DNA from: Gemmatimonadota bacterium
GTDB taxonomy: Bacteria; JAAXHH01
Assembly: GCA_009841265.1 (NCBI GenBank)
Contig: VXMB01000009.1
Coordinates: 93,951-157,950, forward strand
DNA: 64,000 bases
Direction: 5' to 3'
Position 1 is the first letter of the stretch; each line of letters opens with the position of its first letter. Under the pieces are notes generated by a model. The model made no database searches and was not told where the DNA came from. It was given only the letters and a program-made list of their open reading frames with translations. Of this stretch, positions 7,577-16,412 are shown piece by piece. The position numbers were made by a program, and so were the translations under genes.

Positions 7577-8767
7577 TTACCTGCTATTGTTCCCATTTAG
7601 CAATATCTGAATTAGTCCGCGTTTTTGATTCTTCAGAGCACGTACCTCTTTATCCACACACTTAATTTCATCCTTAAAAGCGTCGAGTAAGTCAGCCTGC
7701 TTTTCCTGAAGTTTAATAGGTGGCAAGAAGATTCTGATTTTCGAAAATGCGGGGAATTTCAAATTCCATGTATCACTCGTTAGGCCCTGTGAATACCGTT
7801 GGAAATCGAATACCATTCGACGGGCTTTAAACAGATGGGAAGCATAGCGTGCTATAATCTTACTCTGATCGGGTGTGACGACAGTATAAGCAGGGCTGAC
7901 GATTCCACGAAGTGCTGAAAGACCTGATACTCCCTGCCACATTCGCATAGTGTTATATCCGAGATCACCCCGCAAAATCAGTTTGTACCGTGACTTATCT
8001 TTGGTAGAAGTGTCTTTCCGGTCGACCTCGTTACGGTCAATAACTCCTTCAGACATAGTGATGCTTAATAACGTATCCCAACTATTACCTGTTTGAATGC
8101 GCTCACGGAACAGATCACCCAACTCTACCTCAAGCCAAGTTCTAGGGTGCCCCGGAGAGGAAGGATGGCAGGGATCAAAAAAACCTTGGCTGACTAATCT
8201 GTATTGTACTGTCTTGGCCTGCCTCAATGCCTCCAACTTCTCAGTCGCCTCATCCCACGTTCGCAGTATTTCCCCAATCTTACGTTGCTCGGAAACTGGC
8301 GGTAGAAACACCGAGACCCTGGCGAGCTCCGCCTCGTGGATGTGAACAACAGAGTGCCCCTTGCCCAACCTCGACTTCTGCCTGACCGCGTCATCCGCAT
8401 TCAGCGCATGGGCCAGGAAGGTCGGATCTTGTCCATGTCCGCGTAGGATAATCGTATCTCCTCCTGCAACCGCGGTACCATTCCCCAACCATGCGACGGA
8501 CTTGCCGATTTCCCCGGCGGTTTCTCCCGAAGACGCGAAGATGATGTCGCCGTGGTGCAACTGCGTCGCTCTTCTTGCCGTATCCTCGGATACGAACGAG
8601 GTAAGTTCGTCGGTCACGTCGCCGTAGGTCGTGTAGAGATCGCCGTACCTCAGACAGGGAATTCCAGATTGAACCAGATCAGCTCTGGTTATGCCGCGTC
8701 CCTTGATGAACTTGCCCAGGTCTGACAGGCAAATCCTACCTTCTCGATGTATTGGAACCTTTTCCAT
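7577..8767 (-). CDS. hsdS: Type I R-M specificity subunit HsdS, 396 aa, two target-recognition domains
   Basis: MEKVPIHREGRICLSDLGKFIKG... (target-recognition domain 1); central conserved 'VFLPPVSEQRKIGEIL...LEALRQ'; C-terminal 'IFLPPIKLQEKQADLL...LKNQKRGLIQILL'. The 3' half is low-GC. Confidence 0.85.
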   Translation of the reverse strand: MEKVPIHREGRICLSDLGKFIKGRGITRADLVQSGIPCLRYGDLYTTYGDVTDELTSFVSEDTARRATQLHHGDIIFASSGETAGEIGKSVAWLGNGTAVAGGDTIILRGHGQDPTFLAHALNADDAVRQKSRLGKGHSVVHIHEAELARVSVFLPPVSEQRKIGEILRTWDEATEKLEALRQAKTVQYRLVSQGFFDPCHPSSPGHPRTWLEVELGDLFRERIQTGNSWDTLLSITMSEGVIDRNEVDRKDTSTKDKSRYKLILRGDLGYNTMRMWQGVSGLSALRGIVSPAYTVVTPDQSKIIARYASHLFKARRMVFDFQRYSQGLTSDTWNLKFPAFSKIRIFLPPIKLQEKQADLLDAFKDEIKCVDKEVRALKNQKRGLIQILLNGNNSR

Positions 8768-8878
8768 ATTCGACCTTAAGTTTCCCTTCGATTTGCGCTG
8801 TCAGGTAATCCTTTACATCTGCCTCGATCCGAACTTGTAAGCATCTCCGACCGAGTTGCTCATTCGGTTACTTCGCCC

Positions 8879-10396
8879 TCAGACCTCAACACCAAGCTCC
8901 TTGAGATATTGCTTCATCCGCTTGCGCACTTCGACCAGTTCGGCTTCGATCTGGTCGATCTCCTTCTGGACAGCGGCTACGTCGATCTCTTCCTCCGGCT
9001 CGAAGGTATCGACGTAGCGGGGGATATTGAGATTAAAATCGTTTTCGACAATTTCCTCCGGACTGGCCACGTGGGCATATTTCTCGGTTTCGGTCCGCGT
9101 CCGGAACGTCTCCAAGACCCTTTCGAGATGTCCTTCATCCATGACGTTCTGCGTCTTGCCCGGGATGAATTCCTTGCTGGCGTCTATGAACAGCACGTCC
9201 TTCCGGTCTTTGTTTTTTCCGCCCTCCTCACGCGACCGGTCGAAGACCAGGATGGCCACGGGAATGCCCGTCGTGGTGAAGAGGTTCGCGGGCAGGCTGA
9301 CCACGGCGTCGAGCAGGTTTCCTTCGATCAGCGCCCGGCGGATCCGGCCTTCGGCGCCGCCCCGGAACAGCACGCCGTGCGGAACGATCACTGTGACACG
9401 GCCGCTGCCCCGCTTGGCGATCTCGATCATGTGCGTGATGAAGCCGAAGTCAGCCTTCGACTTGGGCGGCACGCCGCGCCAGTACCGGGCGAAGGGATCG
9501 TTCGGCGCATTCTCCGCACCCCATTTGTCCAGCGAGAAGGGGGGATTGGCCACCACTACGTCGAACTTCATCAGGTGATCTCCCTCGACGAGGGCCGGGC
9601 TGTTGAGCGTGTCGCACCATTCGATGCGCGCGGCGTCCTTCTCGTGCAGGAACATGTTCATCCGTGCCAGGGCCCAGGTCGCCCCGTTGACTTCCTGACC
9701 GAAGAGGGCGTAGTTGCCCGAATCGACTTCGTTGGCTGCGCGGATCAGCAGCGAACCAGAACCGCAGGCCGGGTCGCATATCGTGTTGCCGGGTTTCGGG
9801 GCAGCAAGACCGGCGAGCAGCCGGGATATAGCGGCCGGCGTGTAGAATTCGCCGGCCTTCTTGCCGGCGTCTGAAGCGAAGCGCGATATGAGGTAGAGGT
9901 AACACTCCCCTATTACGTCTTCGGACACCTTCGACGGGCGCAGATCGAGAGCCGGATTGGCGAAATCCTCGAGGAGGTTGACGAGGCGCCGATTACGGTC
10001 CTTCACCTGACCGAGGTTGGCTTCCGAGTTGAAGTCGATGTTGCGGAAAACGCCTTCGAGCTTCGAACGATTCGCGTCCTCGATCTTCTCCAGGGCGATG
10101 TTAATCAACTCGCCGATATTCGCTTCTCCGCGCCGTTCATACAAATCGTAGAAACTTGCGCCGTCGGGCAGGACGAAACGCTCGCGTTCCAGTCTGCGAC
10201 GGATCCTAACCTCGTCGTCCCCGTATCGCTGGCGGTAGCTTTCCACATGGTCGTTCCACAGGTCCGAGATGTACTTGAGGAACAGCGTCACGAGGATGTA
10301 GTCCTTGTATTGACCGGCATCGACGACGCCCCGAAAGGTGTCACAGGCGGCCCAGGCGGTCTGGTTGACCCGCTGCTGCATGGTCTGGTTTGTCAT
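8879..10396 (-). CDS. hsdM: Type I R-M N6-adenine DNA methyltransferase subunit HsdM, 505 aa
   Basis: N6_Mtase motifs: 'ICDPACGSGSLLIRA' (AdoMet binding, motif I) and 'VVANPPFSLDKW' (motif IV, NPPF). HsdM-like N-terminus 'ILVTLFLKYISD'. Confidence 0.9.
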   Translation of the reverse strand: MTNQTMQQRVNQTAWAACDTFRGVVDAGQYKDYILVTLFLKYISDLWNDHVESYRQRYGDDEVRIRRRLERERFVLPDGASFYDLYERRGEANIGELINIALEKIEDANRSKLEGVFRNIDFNSEANLGQVKDRNRRLVNLLEDFANPALDLRPSKVSEDVIGECYLYLISRFASDAGKKAGEFYTPAAISRLLAGLAAPKPGNTICDPACGSGSLLIRAANEVDSGNYALFGQEVNGATWALARMNMFLHEKDAARIEWCDTLNSPALVEGDHLMKFDVVVANPPFSLDKWGAENAPNDPFARYWRGVPPKSKADFGFITHMIEIAKRGSGRVTVIVPHGVLFRGGAEGRIRRALIEGNLLDAVVSLPANLFTTTGIPVAILVFDRSREEGGKNKDRKDVLFIDASKEFIPGKTQNVMDEGHLERVLETFRTRTETEKYAHVASPEEIVENDFNLNIPRYVDTFEPEEEIDVAAVQKEIDQIEAELVEVRKRMKQYLKELGVEV

Positions 10397-10401
10397 TTTT
10401 T

Positions 10402-11088
10402 CTACCTTTCCTCAATCAAGCCTGATTCGTTATCTGCTATCTGATCTCCAATACATCCTTTGAGAAGCAATCGGTTTAAGTCTCTTCGCCTGTCCGCAGC
10501 GAGTACGGTCAACGCGTGTTCGCGTTCTGCCAGACCGTCCAGGGTCGTAATCTTGCGTTGCAATTCAAGCGAAGGGATTTTGATTTCCAGACTCTCGACG
10601 CTGGACCGCGACACCATGCGTATGGTCGTCTTCAAAGCGACACGATCGAAGTATCGCTGGGATGGGGTTAGGTTGATGATCCATGCAAGGTATTCGGGTT
10701 GGATGAGGTCTGTTATAGGGCGCAAGACGTAAAGCGGTAACACGGCCACGGCCCTTTCGGTGAATCGTCCATCGAGCGCTACAGCTATATTCCTATCACC
10801 CCTGGATCGAAACAGCACGTCGCCTTGACCGACTAAGAATCTGTCCGTTTGACCTTTGAATTCGACACGGGTCAATCTTGCGGGCGCTATCTTGCCGTTT
10901 TGCGGAAAGTCGCCCAGTTGTATTGCCAGCGAACCGCTATGTGTTGCAGGTTGAAGGCGGCCACGGGCTGTGTACCCGCTATGGACGGAACAAATATCGC
11001 CAACGCGCTTATGTAATAAATGATATTTCATGAATACAGAATGTATATACCGGAGTTGATTTGTCAATAAAAAATCGTAGTTGGTCAA
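10402..11088 (-). CDS. Half-size HsdS-like specificity protein (one target-recognition domain plus one conserved coiled region), 228 aa. The true start is probably the internal ATG at 11030 (MKYHLLHKRVGDI...).
   Basis: 'VGDICSVHSGYT' is an N-terminal motif typical of target-recognition domains. The conserved 'IKIPSLELQRKITTLDGL...' parallels the 'LPPxxEQxKI' repeats of the full hsdS. It ends 5 nt before the hsdM start. Confidence 0.65.
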   Translation of the reverse strand: MTNYDFLLTNQLRYIHSVFMKYHLLHKRVGDICSVHSGYTARGRLQPATHSGSLAIQLGDFPQNGKIAPARLTRVEFKGQTDRFLVGQGDVLFRSRGDRNIAVALDGRFTERAVAVLPLYVLRPITDLIQPEYLAWIINLTPSQRYFDRVALKTTIRMVSRSSVESLEIKIPSLELQRKITTLDGLAEREHALTVLAADRRRDLNRLLLKGCIGDQIADNESGLIEER

Positions 11089-11352
11089 TTATAGAGATTA
11101 ATATACTGTGTTTCTTGTCTGAGGCAAGGAGAAAAGGAGATTGGAGATCGTTTAAGAGGTCGGAAGGGAACTCGAAGGTAATGAATCGTGCTTACGTAGA
11201 GGTAATTTGGGTATCTACGGCCTCATATCAGAAAAACCGCAATTAGTTTCTGGAACGTGCTGTGTTTATCTAAAATGTACATGAACCTGTATTGTGAATA
11301 TCGGGATGATAACCGATAACACGTCGGTTCCTTGACGGTCGTTGGTGCGTCT
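11089..11352 (-). promoter_or_regulatory. AT-rich boundary and likely promoter region of the R-M/defense operon; a minus-strand TATAAT lies at 11149-11154
   Basis: A sharp GC drop between the PhyH-family gene's stop (11353) and the hsdS-half start. Minus strand reads '...ctctataattgaccaactacgattttttattgacaaatc...'. Confidence 0.3.
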
Positions 11353-12474
11353 CTAGTAGCTGTCAACGCCACGCACCTCATCGGACCAGTCCCGCCAGAT
11401 GTCAATATTCGTGGGGTCCGTCATGAGCGGATCCGGGAGGGATTCCGGCGTTTTGAGGAAGCCGTAGATGGTCGCCTGGCGGATGAGGTCGGCCGACGTA
11501 TTCTGCCCGGCGATGTGCAGGATCTTGGTGTGCCACAGGACCGCCGTGCCGGCTGGACCGTGACAATCGACGGGCCGGGTATCCCGCTTGATGCGCTGGA
11601 TGACGGGATCGTTGTAGCCGGGTTTGCGTCCCGCCAGGTGTTCGTCCATATGCTTTGCGCCTTCGAGAAAGGCCTGCCACTGCGCGCGCCAGATCCGGCT
11701 GTGGCTTCCCGGCCAAACCGTGAAGCCGCCGGAGTCGGGCGGCAGGTCGTCGACATAGGCGGTCACCTGAAACCGGACGCGTCCGTAGCAGGCGCCGTCC
11801 GTATGGGCGCCGCGGTAGTCCGGACCAGGAGACGGGCTGCCCGGCAGGGTGCAGTACAGGCCACGCGTCCCTTGCCCGGTGGACCACACCGGACCCGTCC
11901 TGGGCAGAAGCAGCGCTTCTTCCGTGGTGAAGGATCCCTTCTCGGGCCATCGCCCGGTCTCTTCGATCCCGTGGGTGGCCAGCCCGCCCACCATGTCGTC
12001 GGACATGAAGCACGGCCCCGTCGTCATGCCGGAGTCATCCACTCCGGCGGGCCAGACCACTGTGCCCTTTCCCAGCAATTGCTCGGCCACCTGCCAAAGA
12101 GCCCGGGGGGCCAGGTCGAGCATGAAGGGCTCAGCGCCGTTGCGGACATAGAAGCGGTGGCCTTCGGTGAAGAAATAGGGGTCGCCGCCGATCTCGGGCC
12201 GCTTCGCATTAAGTTGACCGCTTACTTCGTCGTTGAAAGGCGCCCAGGTGGTGGGATCGCCGCGTTTCATAGCGGGGTGGTGTGTCTCCACTGCGTCCCA
12301 CAGTGCTTCCCTGGCCTGGCGGCATAGTTCAAGGTCGAGCACGGCGGGCAGCACGAGGAAACCGTCGCGCTTGAAGCGGGCGATCTGGCTCGTGGTCAGG
12401 AGCGGGACTTGATTTAAGCCCGGTTCGGCTGGCGTTGGTCGCATTGGTTTTTTACCTCCATCTACTTCCGTCAT
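11353..12474 (-). CDS. Phytanoyl-CoA dioxygenase (PhyH) family Fe(II)/2-oxoglutarate oxygenase, 373 aa
   Basis: N-terminal 'TSQIARFKRDGFLVLPAVL'; metal-binding 'GAHTDG' and a distal His in 'VLWHTKILHIAG'. Confidence 0.7.
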   Translation of the reverse strand: MTEVDGGKKPMRPTPAEPGLNQVPLLTTSQIARFKRDGFLVLPAVLDLELCRQAREALWDAVETHHPAMKRGDPTTWAPFNDEVSGQLNAKRPEIGGDPYFFTEGHRFYVRNGAEPFMLDLAPRALWQVAEQLLGKGTVVWPAGVDDSGMTTGPCFMSDDMVGGLATHGIEETGRWPEKGSFTTEEALLLPRTGPVWSTGQGTRGLYCTLPGSPSPGPDYRGAHTDGACYGRVRFQVTAYVDDLPPDSGGFTVWPGSHSRIWRAQWQAFLEGAKHMDEHLAGRKPGYNDPVIQRIKRDTRPVDCHGPAGTAVLWHTKILHIAGQNTSADLIRQATIYGFLKTPESLPDPLMTDPTNIDIWRDWSDEVRGVDSY

Positions 12475-13232
12475 CCTCCGGAACCATGCTCACCGCCCAC
12501 ACTGCTCTCACCGTCTTCACCGCCTCCCTCGTGTTCACCGCCTCCCTCGCCTCCCGATCCGTGCTCACTACCGGCCTCGCCGCCGTTGCCACCTGATCCG
12601 TGCTCTCCACCCTCGCCGCTTTCACCACCGCTCCCGTGCTCGCCTTCTCCTACTTCGGCGTGAGGCGTCCATCCGGTGAACGATTCTTCCGTAGCGGCCA
12701 GTGAGACATCAGTGGTTTCGCCTGGTGCGAGATCGACCGGCGTCGTAGGACCGAGTTCGGTGCCGTTCGAGAGATGTACTTCGACCCTGACCCTGTTCAG
12801 CACGCTTTCCGTGGTATTCTGCACGGTTCCCACGAACGCATTGCTTTCGGCGTCGTAACGCAGGATGAGCCGGGCGCCTTTACGGATGACATCATAGGTG
12901 TCGTCCAGGGCCAAGGAAACCCCCGACTCTTCCCCGTCGTCCGACTCGATCTCCAAGTTTTCGGTCCCGCCGTGCTCTGTACCCGATTCTTCGGACACGC
13001 TGTGATCTTCGCCGTCGCTCCGGTCGTTTGCGCATCCGCTCAGTGCACCCAGGCCTATCACCGCGGCGAACCCTATCGCCGAGGTCCAGGCGATCAGCGT
13101 AACTGAGAATGAACGCATACTGGGTGCCAGGCGCTCATATACCTCCGTTCGCTCCGTACGCTCCATGTTCGCCATACTCTCCATGCTCATCTTGTTCGAC
13201 ATGCTCGACTTGCGTGCGCTATCCCTTGTCAT
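12471..13232 (-). CDS. Lipoprotein with a Glu/His/Gly-rich repetitive C-terminus; the true start is probably M at ~13115
   Basis: Signal peptide plus lipobox 'GLGALSGC'. The C-terminal ~55 aa are imperfect 'EHGSGGE' repeats. Confidence 0.6.
   Translation of the reverse strand: MTRDSARKSSMSNKMSMESMANMERTERTEVYERLAPSMRSFSVTLIAWTSAIGFAAVIGLGALSGCANDRSDGEDHSVSEESGTEHGGTENLEIESDDGEESGVSLALDDTYDVIRKGARLILRYDAESNAFVGTVQNTTESVLNRVRVEVHLSNGTELGPTTPVDLAPGETTDVSLAATEESFTGWTPHAEVGEGEHGSGGESGEGGEHGSGGNGGEAGSEHGSGGEGGGEHEGGGEDGESSVGGEHGSGG
12474..12640. repeat. Imperfect short tandem repeats encoding the EHGSGGE low-complexity tail of the lipoprotein
   Basis: Repeating 'caccgcctccctcg' / 'gtgctc' units read from the sequence. 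Confidence 0.5.
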
Positions 13233-13989
13233 TTGCCCTCTCCTCGATTGTATGATCCCGCAGCATGGACATGGCGCCGTCCGGCCGGAACGTGCGGGGC
13301 TCCAGGTCGATGTCCTCTCCCGCGATCATTTTCCGGAGCAGGTCGGCTACGCCGTCCACCGCCACGGGCGCCAGAGCCTCGCCCTTCTCCTTGGTCCCGT
13401 ATTTCGCGGAACTCTCCATTTCCATGTCGTCTTCATGCACACGGTGGGGGAACAGGGCCATGGCCATAGAGGTCTCGTATTCGTCGGCATGGCCCGGCAG
13501 CCGATCCTGTTCCATATACCGGTAGACGACTTCGGCCGGGTAGGTGTCCCAGTATGAATTGAAACGCACGTTGACACCGAGCCGTTCCCTGAACGCGTCG
13601 ATCCGGTTCATCATGGGGACTACATTGCCGCCGTGTCCGTTCAGGATGAGGATATTGGTGATGCCGCCCCGCTTGAGGGCGTCGCACACGTCGTAGACGT
13701 ATTCGGTGAATATCTCCGCGCGCACGGTCAATGTGCCCCTGTGCTCCATCCAGTGCTCCGATACCCCTATGGCGATGGGCGAAGCGACCACGACGTGAGG
13801 ATAAAGCTTCAACGCCGCGTTCTCGGCCATGTAGGCGACGCTGGCCGTGTCGTGGATCATCTCCAGGTGTTCGAGGTGCTGCTCCGTCGCCGCCGTGGGC
13901 ACGATGGCCGCCTGGATGATGCCGCCATCAATCCCTTCCCTGAACTCCTTGCGCGTCAGGTCTCCGATAAAAACACGCTTTCTCGACAT
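13219..13989 (-). CDS. Creatininase-family amidohydrolase, 256 aa
   Basis: 'PTAATEQH' and 'ILILNGHGGN' match creatinine amidohydrolase family motifs. Confidence 0.7.
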   Translation of the reverse strand: MSRKRVFIGDLTRKEFREGIDGGIIQAAIVPTAATEQHLEHLEMIHDTASVAYMAENAALKLYPHVVVASPIAIGVSEHWMEHRGTLTVRAEIFTEYVYDVCDALKRGGITNILILNGHGGNVVPMMNRIDAFRERLGVNVRFNSYWDTYPAEVVYRYMEQDRLPGHADEYETSMAMALFPHRVHEDDMEMESSAKYGTKEKGEALAPVAVDGVADLLRKMIAGEDIDLEPRTFRPDGAMSMLRDHTIEERANDKG

Positions 13990-14046
13990 GATGCGGCTCC
14001 TGTGCTCTGTGCTGGATGCGGTGTACGAATGACCGGGTATCGGAAT

Positions 14047-15105
14047 CTAACTCTCCAGTGCCTGCTCGAGATCCCGGATGATGTCATCGGTATCTTCAAG
14101 GCCGACGGACATCCGGACGCGCTGGCCCTCGCGGTCTCCGGTGACCAGCGAGCCCACGTCCCCCAGGCTCACCCAGGGCCGGCACAGGCGTACTCGATCG
14201 AGGAACCGATCGACGGTTCCCTCGGAAATCTCGAAGCTTACCATCCCTCCGTAGCCTGTCCATTGCGACCGCGCGACCTCGTGCCCGGGCGTGGAGGGAA
14301 GTCCGGGATACCAGGTCCGTCTTATCCGAGGATGGGATTCCAGGAAGGCCGCCACGGCCCCGGCGTTCTCGACGTGCCGGTCCATGCGGATGGACAGCGT
14401 CTTGATCCCCCTGAGCAGGAGGAAGGCGTTTAGCGGGCTGAGGATGCCGCCGTAGGTGTTCCGCGTGCGCACGATCTCTTCGCCGAGATCGGGGTCACGG
14501 GTCGTGATGATCCCGGCCAGGGCGTCCCCGTGACCGCAGAGATATTTTGTGGCGCTGTGCAGCACGACGTCGGCTCCGTGGTCCATCGGCCGGAACAGAT
14601 GGGGAGAAAGGAACGTGTTGTCGATCACGACCTTCGCGCCGGCCGCGTGGGCCTTGCGGATTACGGTGGGCGTGTCGATGATGTCCAGGGTGGGATTGGC
14701 AAGCGGCTCGAAGTAGACGACATCGGCGGGTTTCTCGAGAGCTGCGTCGAGCTGACTCGGAACGCGCATGTCGATGATCTCGACATCGAACCCGAGTCGT
14801 GGCAACTCTTCGGACATGAAGCGCCGGGTCCAGGCATAGGTCGTCTGGTGGCTGACGATCCTGGAACCCGCTCTGATGAGCGTCATCACGGACTGAGTGA
14901 CCGACGCCATGCCGCAGGCGGTCGCGATACTGCGGCCACCGCCTTCGAGCGCGCACATCTTCTCCTCGAAAGCCGTGAACGTGGGATTGCTTCCCCGTAG
15001 GTAGGCACCGTCCACTGTGGCCGCCTGATAGATCGGCGTCGCCGACGTGTTCTCCGCCTCGCCCGCGTGGATGGAGCGTGTGATGAATCCCTGCTCTTCG
15101 TTCAT
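14047..15105 (-). CDS. Cys/Met-metabolism PLP-dependent enzyme (cystathionine gamma-synthase / beta-lyase / methionine gamma-lyase family). Start placed at MNEEQGF; the ORF track extends it to 15171.
   Basis: 'ITRSIHAGE' N-terminus; PLP-lysine context 'HSATKYLCGHGD'. Confidence 0.75.
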   Translation of the reverse strand: MNEEQGFITRSIHAGEAENTSATPIYQAATVDGAYLRGSNPTFTAFEEKMCALEGGGRSIATACGMASVTQSVMTLIRAGSRIVSHQTTYAWTRRFMSEELPRLGFDVEIIDMRVPSQLDAALEKPADVVYFEPLANPTLDIIDTPTVIRKAHAAGAKVVIDNTFLSPHLFRPMDHGADVVLHSATKYLCGHGDALAGIITTRDPDLGEEIVRTRNTYGGILSPLNAFLLLRGIKTLSIRMDRHVENAGAVAAFLESHPRIRRTWYPGLPSTPGHEVARSQWTGYGGMVSFEISEGTVDRFLDRVRLCRPWVSLGDVGSLVTGDREGQRVRMSVGLEDTDDIIRDLEQALES

Positions 15106-15186
15106 TGCTCTGTCCTCTCCTACCCGGACCGATCCCAGCCGCCTACAGCCGTCGTCGATGGCCCGGACCATGCGTACCGCAAGTTT

Positions 15187-16374
15187 CTACAGCCGCCGCT
15201 CGATGGCTCGGACCATGCGGTCGATTTCCTCCCGGCTGTTGTAGAAGTGGGTGGAAATCCGGAACACGGGCACGTCGTTGATGTGAAAGGCCACGGTCTC
15301 GATCTGCTCGTCGTCCCACAGTTCCTGCCGGATCTTCTGGAGGTCGGCCCCCTCGATGGTGAAGGTCGTGATGAACCCGGACATCTCGGGGTCCCGCGGC
15401 GTCAGGAAGCGCACACCGCGGATGCGGCCGAGGCGTTCCCGCATGTAGTCGACCAGGCCGCGGCAGTAGGTCCGGATATGATCCCAGCCGATCTCCTGCT
15501 GGAAGTCGAGGGCCGTGCCCAATCCGATGAAGGGCGTCTGGTCCCGGGTGCCCATCATGTCGAACCGGCTGGCATTGGGGTTTGGGTGGGCGCTGGATCC
15601 CAGGATGAGCGGCTCGACCCGGTCGTGGGCGTCGTCCGATACGAAGAGCATGCCCGTGCCCTTGGGGGAAAGCGTCCACTTGTGGAGGCTGGACGCGTAG
15701 AAATGGGGATTCCATTCGTCCAGGTGCAGGGGTACCATGCTCACGGCGTGGGCGCCGTCCACGACCACCCAGACGCCGCGGTCCCGCCCGATTTCGGTCA
15801 GTTCCTTCACGGGGGTGACCAGTCCCGTTGACCAGTACACGTGGCCGAAGACCATGGCGGCGGTTTTTTCGTTCAGACCGCTCTTGAACACGTCGATGAT
15901 CTGCTGCGTATCGGTGATCTCCATGGGTAGATGCACCCTGCGAACGGTCATGCCGTGCCGTTCGGCCACGTAATCGAAGCAGGCGTTGACCGCCCCGTAT
16001 TCCTGGTCCGTCATCAGGATTTCGCCGCCCACCTTCCAGGTCACGCCCTGGGCGAAGACGCTGAGCGCCATGGTGGTGTTCTGGACCAGCGCAATACGCT
16101 CCGGCCTTGTCCCCACGAAACGGGCCAGTTTCTCTCTCGACTCCTCGACGATCGGCCAGTATTTCGGTTGGTGCTTCAACGGATCGCTGTCGAAGGCCCG
16201 GATGGCCTCGGTCACCCGGTCTACGACCGGTTTGGGCGACGGTCCGACGGATCCGCCCTGTAGAAAGGCGACCTCGGAGTCCAGGTAGAACTGGTCGCGA
16301 CGAATCGCCTTCCAGAATGCGTCGTCCGGAGGCGGCAGCGTATCGGTCCGGTCTGGACATGTAACTTCGCTCAT
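15187..16374 (-). CDS. Class V aminotransferase / isopenicillin-N-epimerase-like PLP enzyme, 395 aa
   Basis: Fold-type I PLP enzyme; 'SSLHKWTLSPKGTGMLFV' is the lysine region typical of class V aminotransferases. Confidence 0.7.
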   Translation of the reverse strand: MSEVTCPDRTDTLPPPDDAFWKAIRRDQFYLDSEVAFLQGGSVGPSPKPVVDRVTEAIRAFDSDPLKHQPKYWPIVEESREKLARFVGTRPERIALVQNTTMALSVFAQGVTWKVGGEILMTDQEYGAVNACFDYVAERHGMTVRRVHLPMEITDTQQIIDVFKSGLNEKTAAMVFGHVYWSTGLVTPVKELTEIGRDRGVWVVVDGAHAVSMVPLHLDEWNPHFYASSLHKWTLSPKGTGMLFVSDDAHDRVEPLILGSSAHPNPNASRFDMMGTRDQTPFIGLGTALDFQQEIGWDHIRTYCRGLVDYMRERLGRIRGVRFLTPRDPEMSGFITTFTIEGADLQKIRQELWDDEQIETVAFHINDVPVFRISTHFYNSREEIDRMVRAIERRL

Positions 16375-16412
16375 GCGGGTTCTCCCGTGACTGTTACTGG
16401 TAAGAGGCTGAG

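Noticed and set aside
8909-12327. Long plus-strand ORFs (8909-9874, 9027-9578, 11332-12327) and the minus-strand 203-aa and 111-aa ORFs overlapping the PhyH-family gene
   Set aside because: Antisense or out-of-frame overlaps of hsdM and the PhyH-family gene; Arg/Pro-rich with no recognizable domains. hsdM and PhyH carry diagnostic motifs in their own frames.
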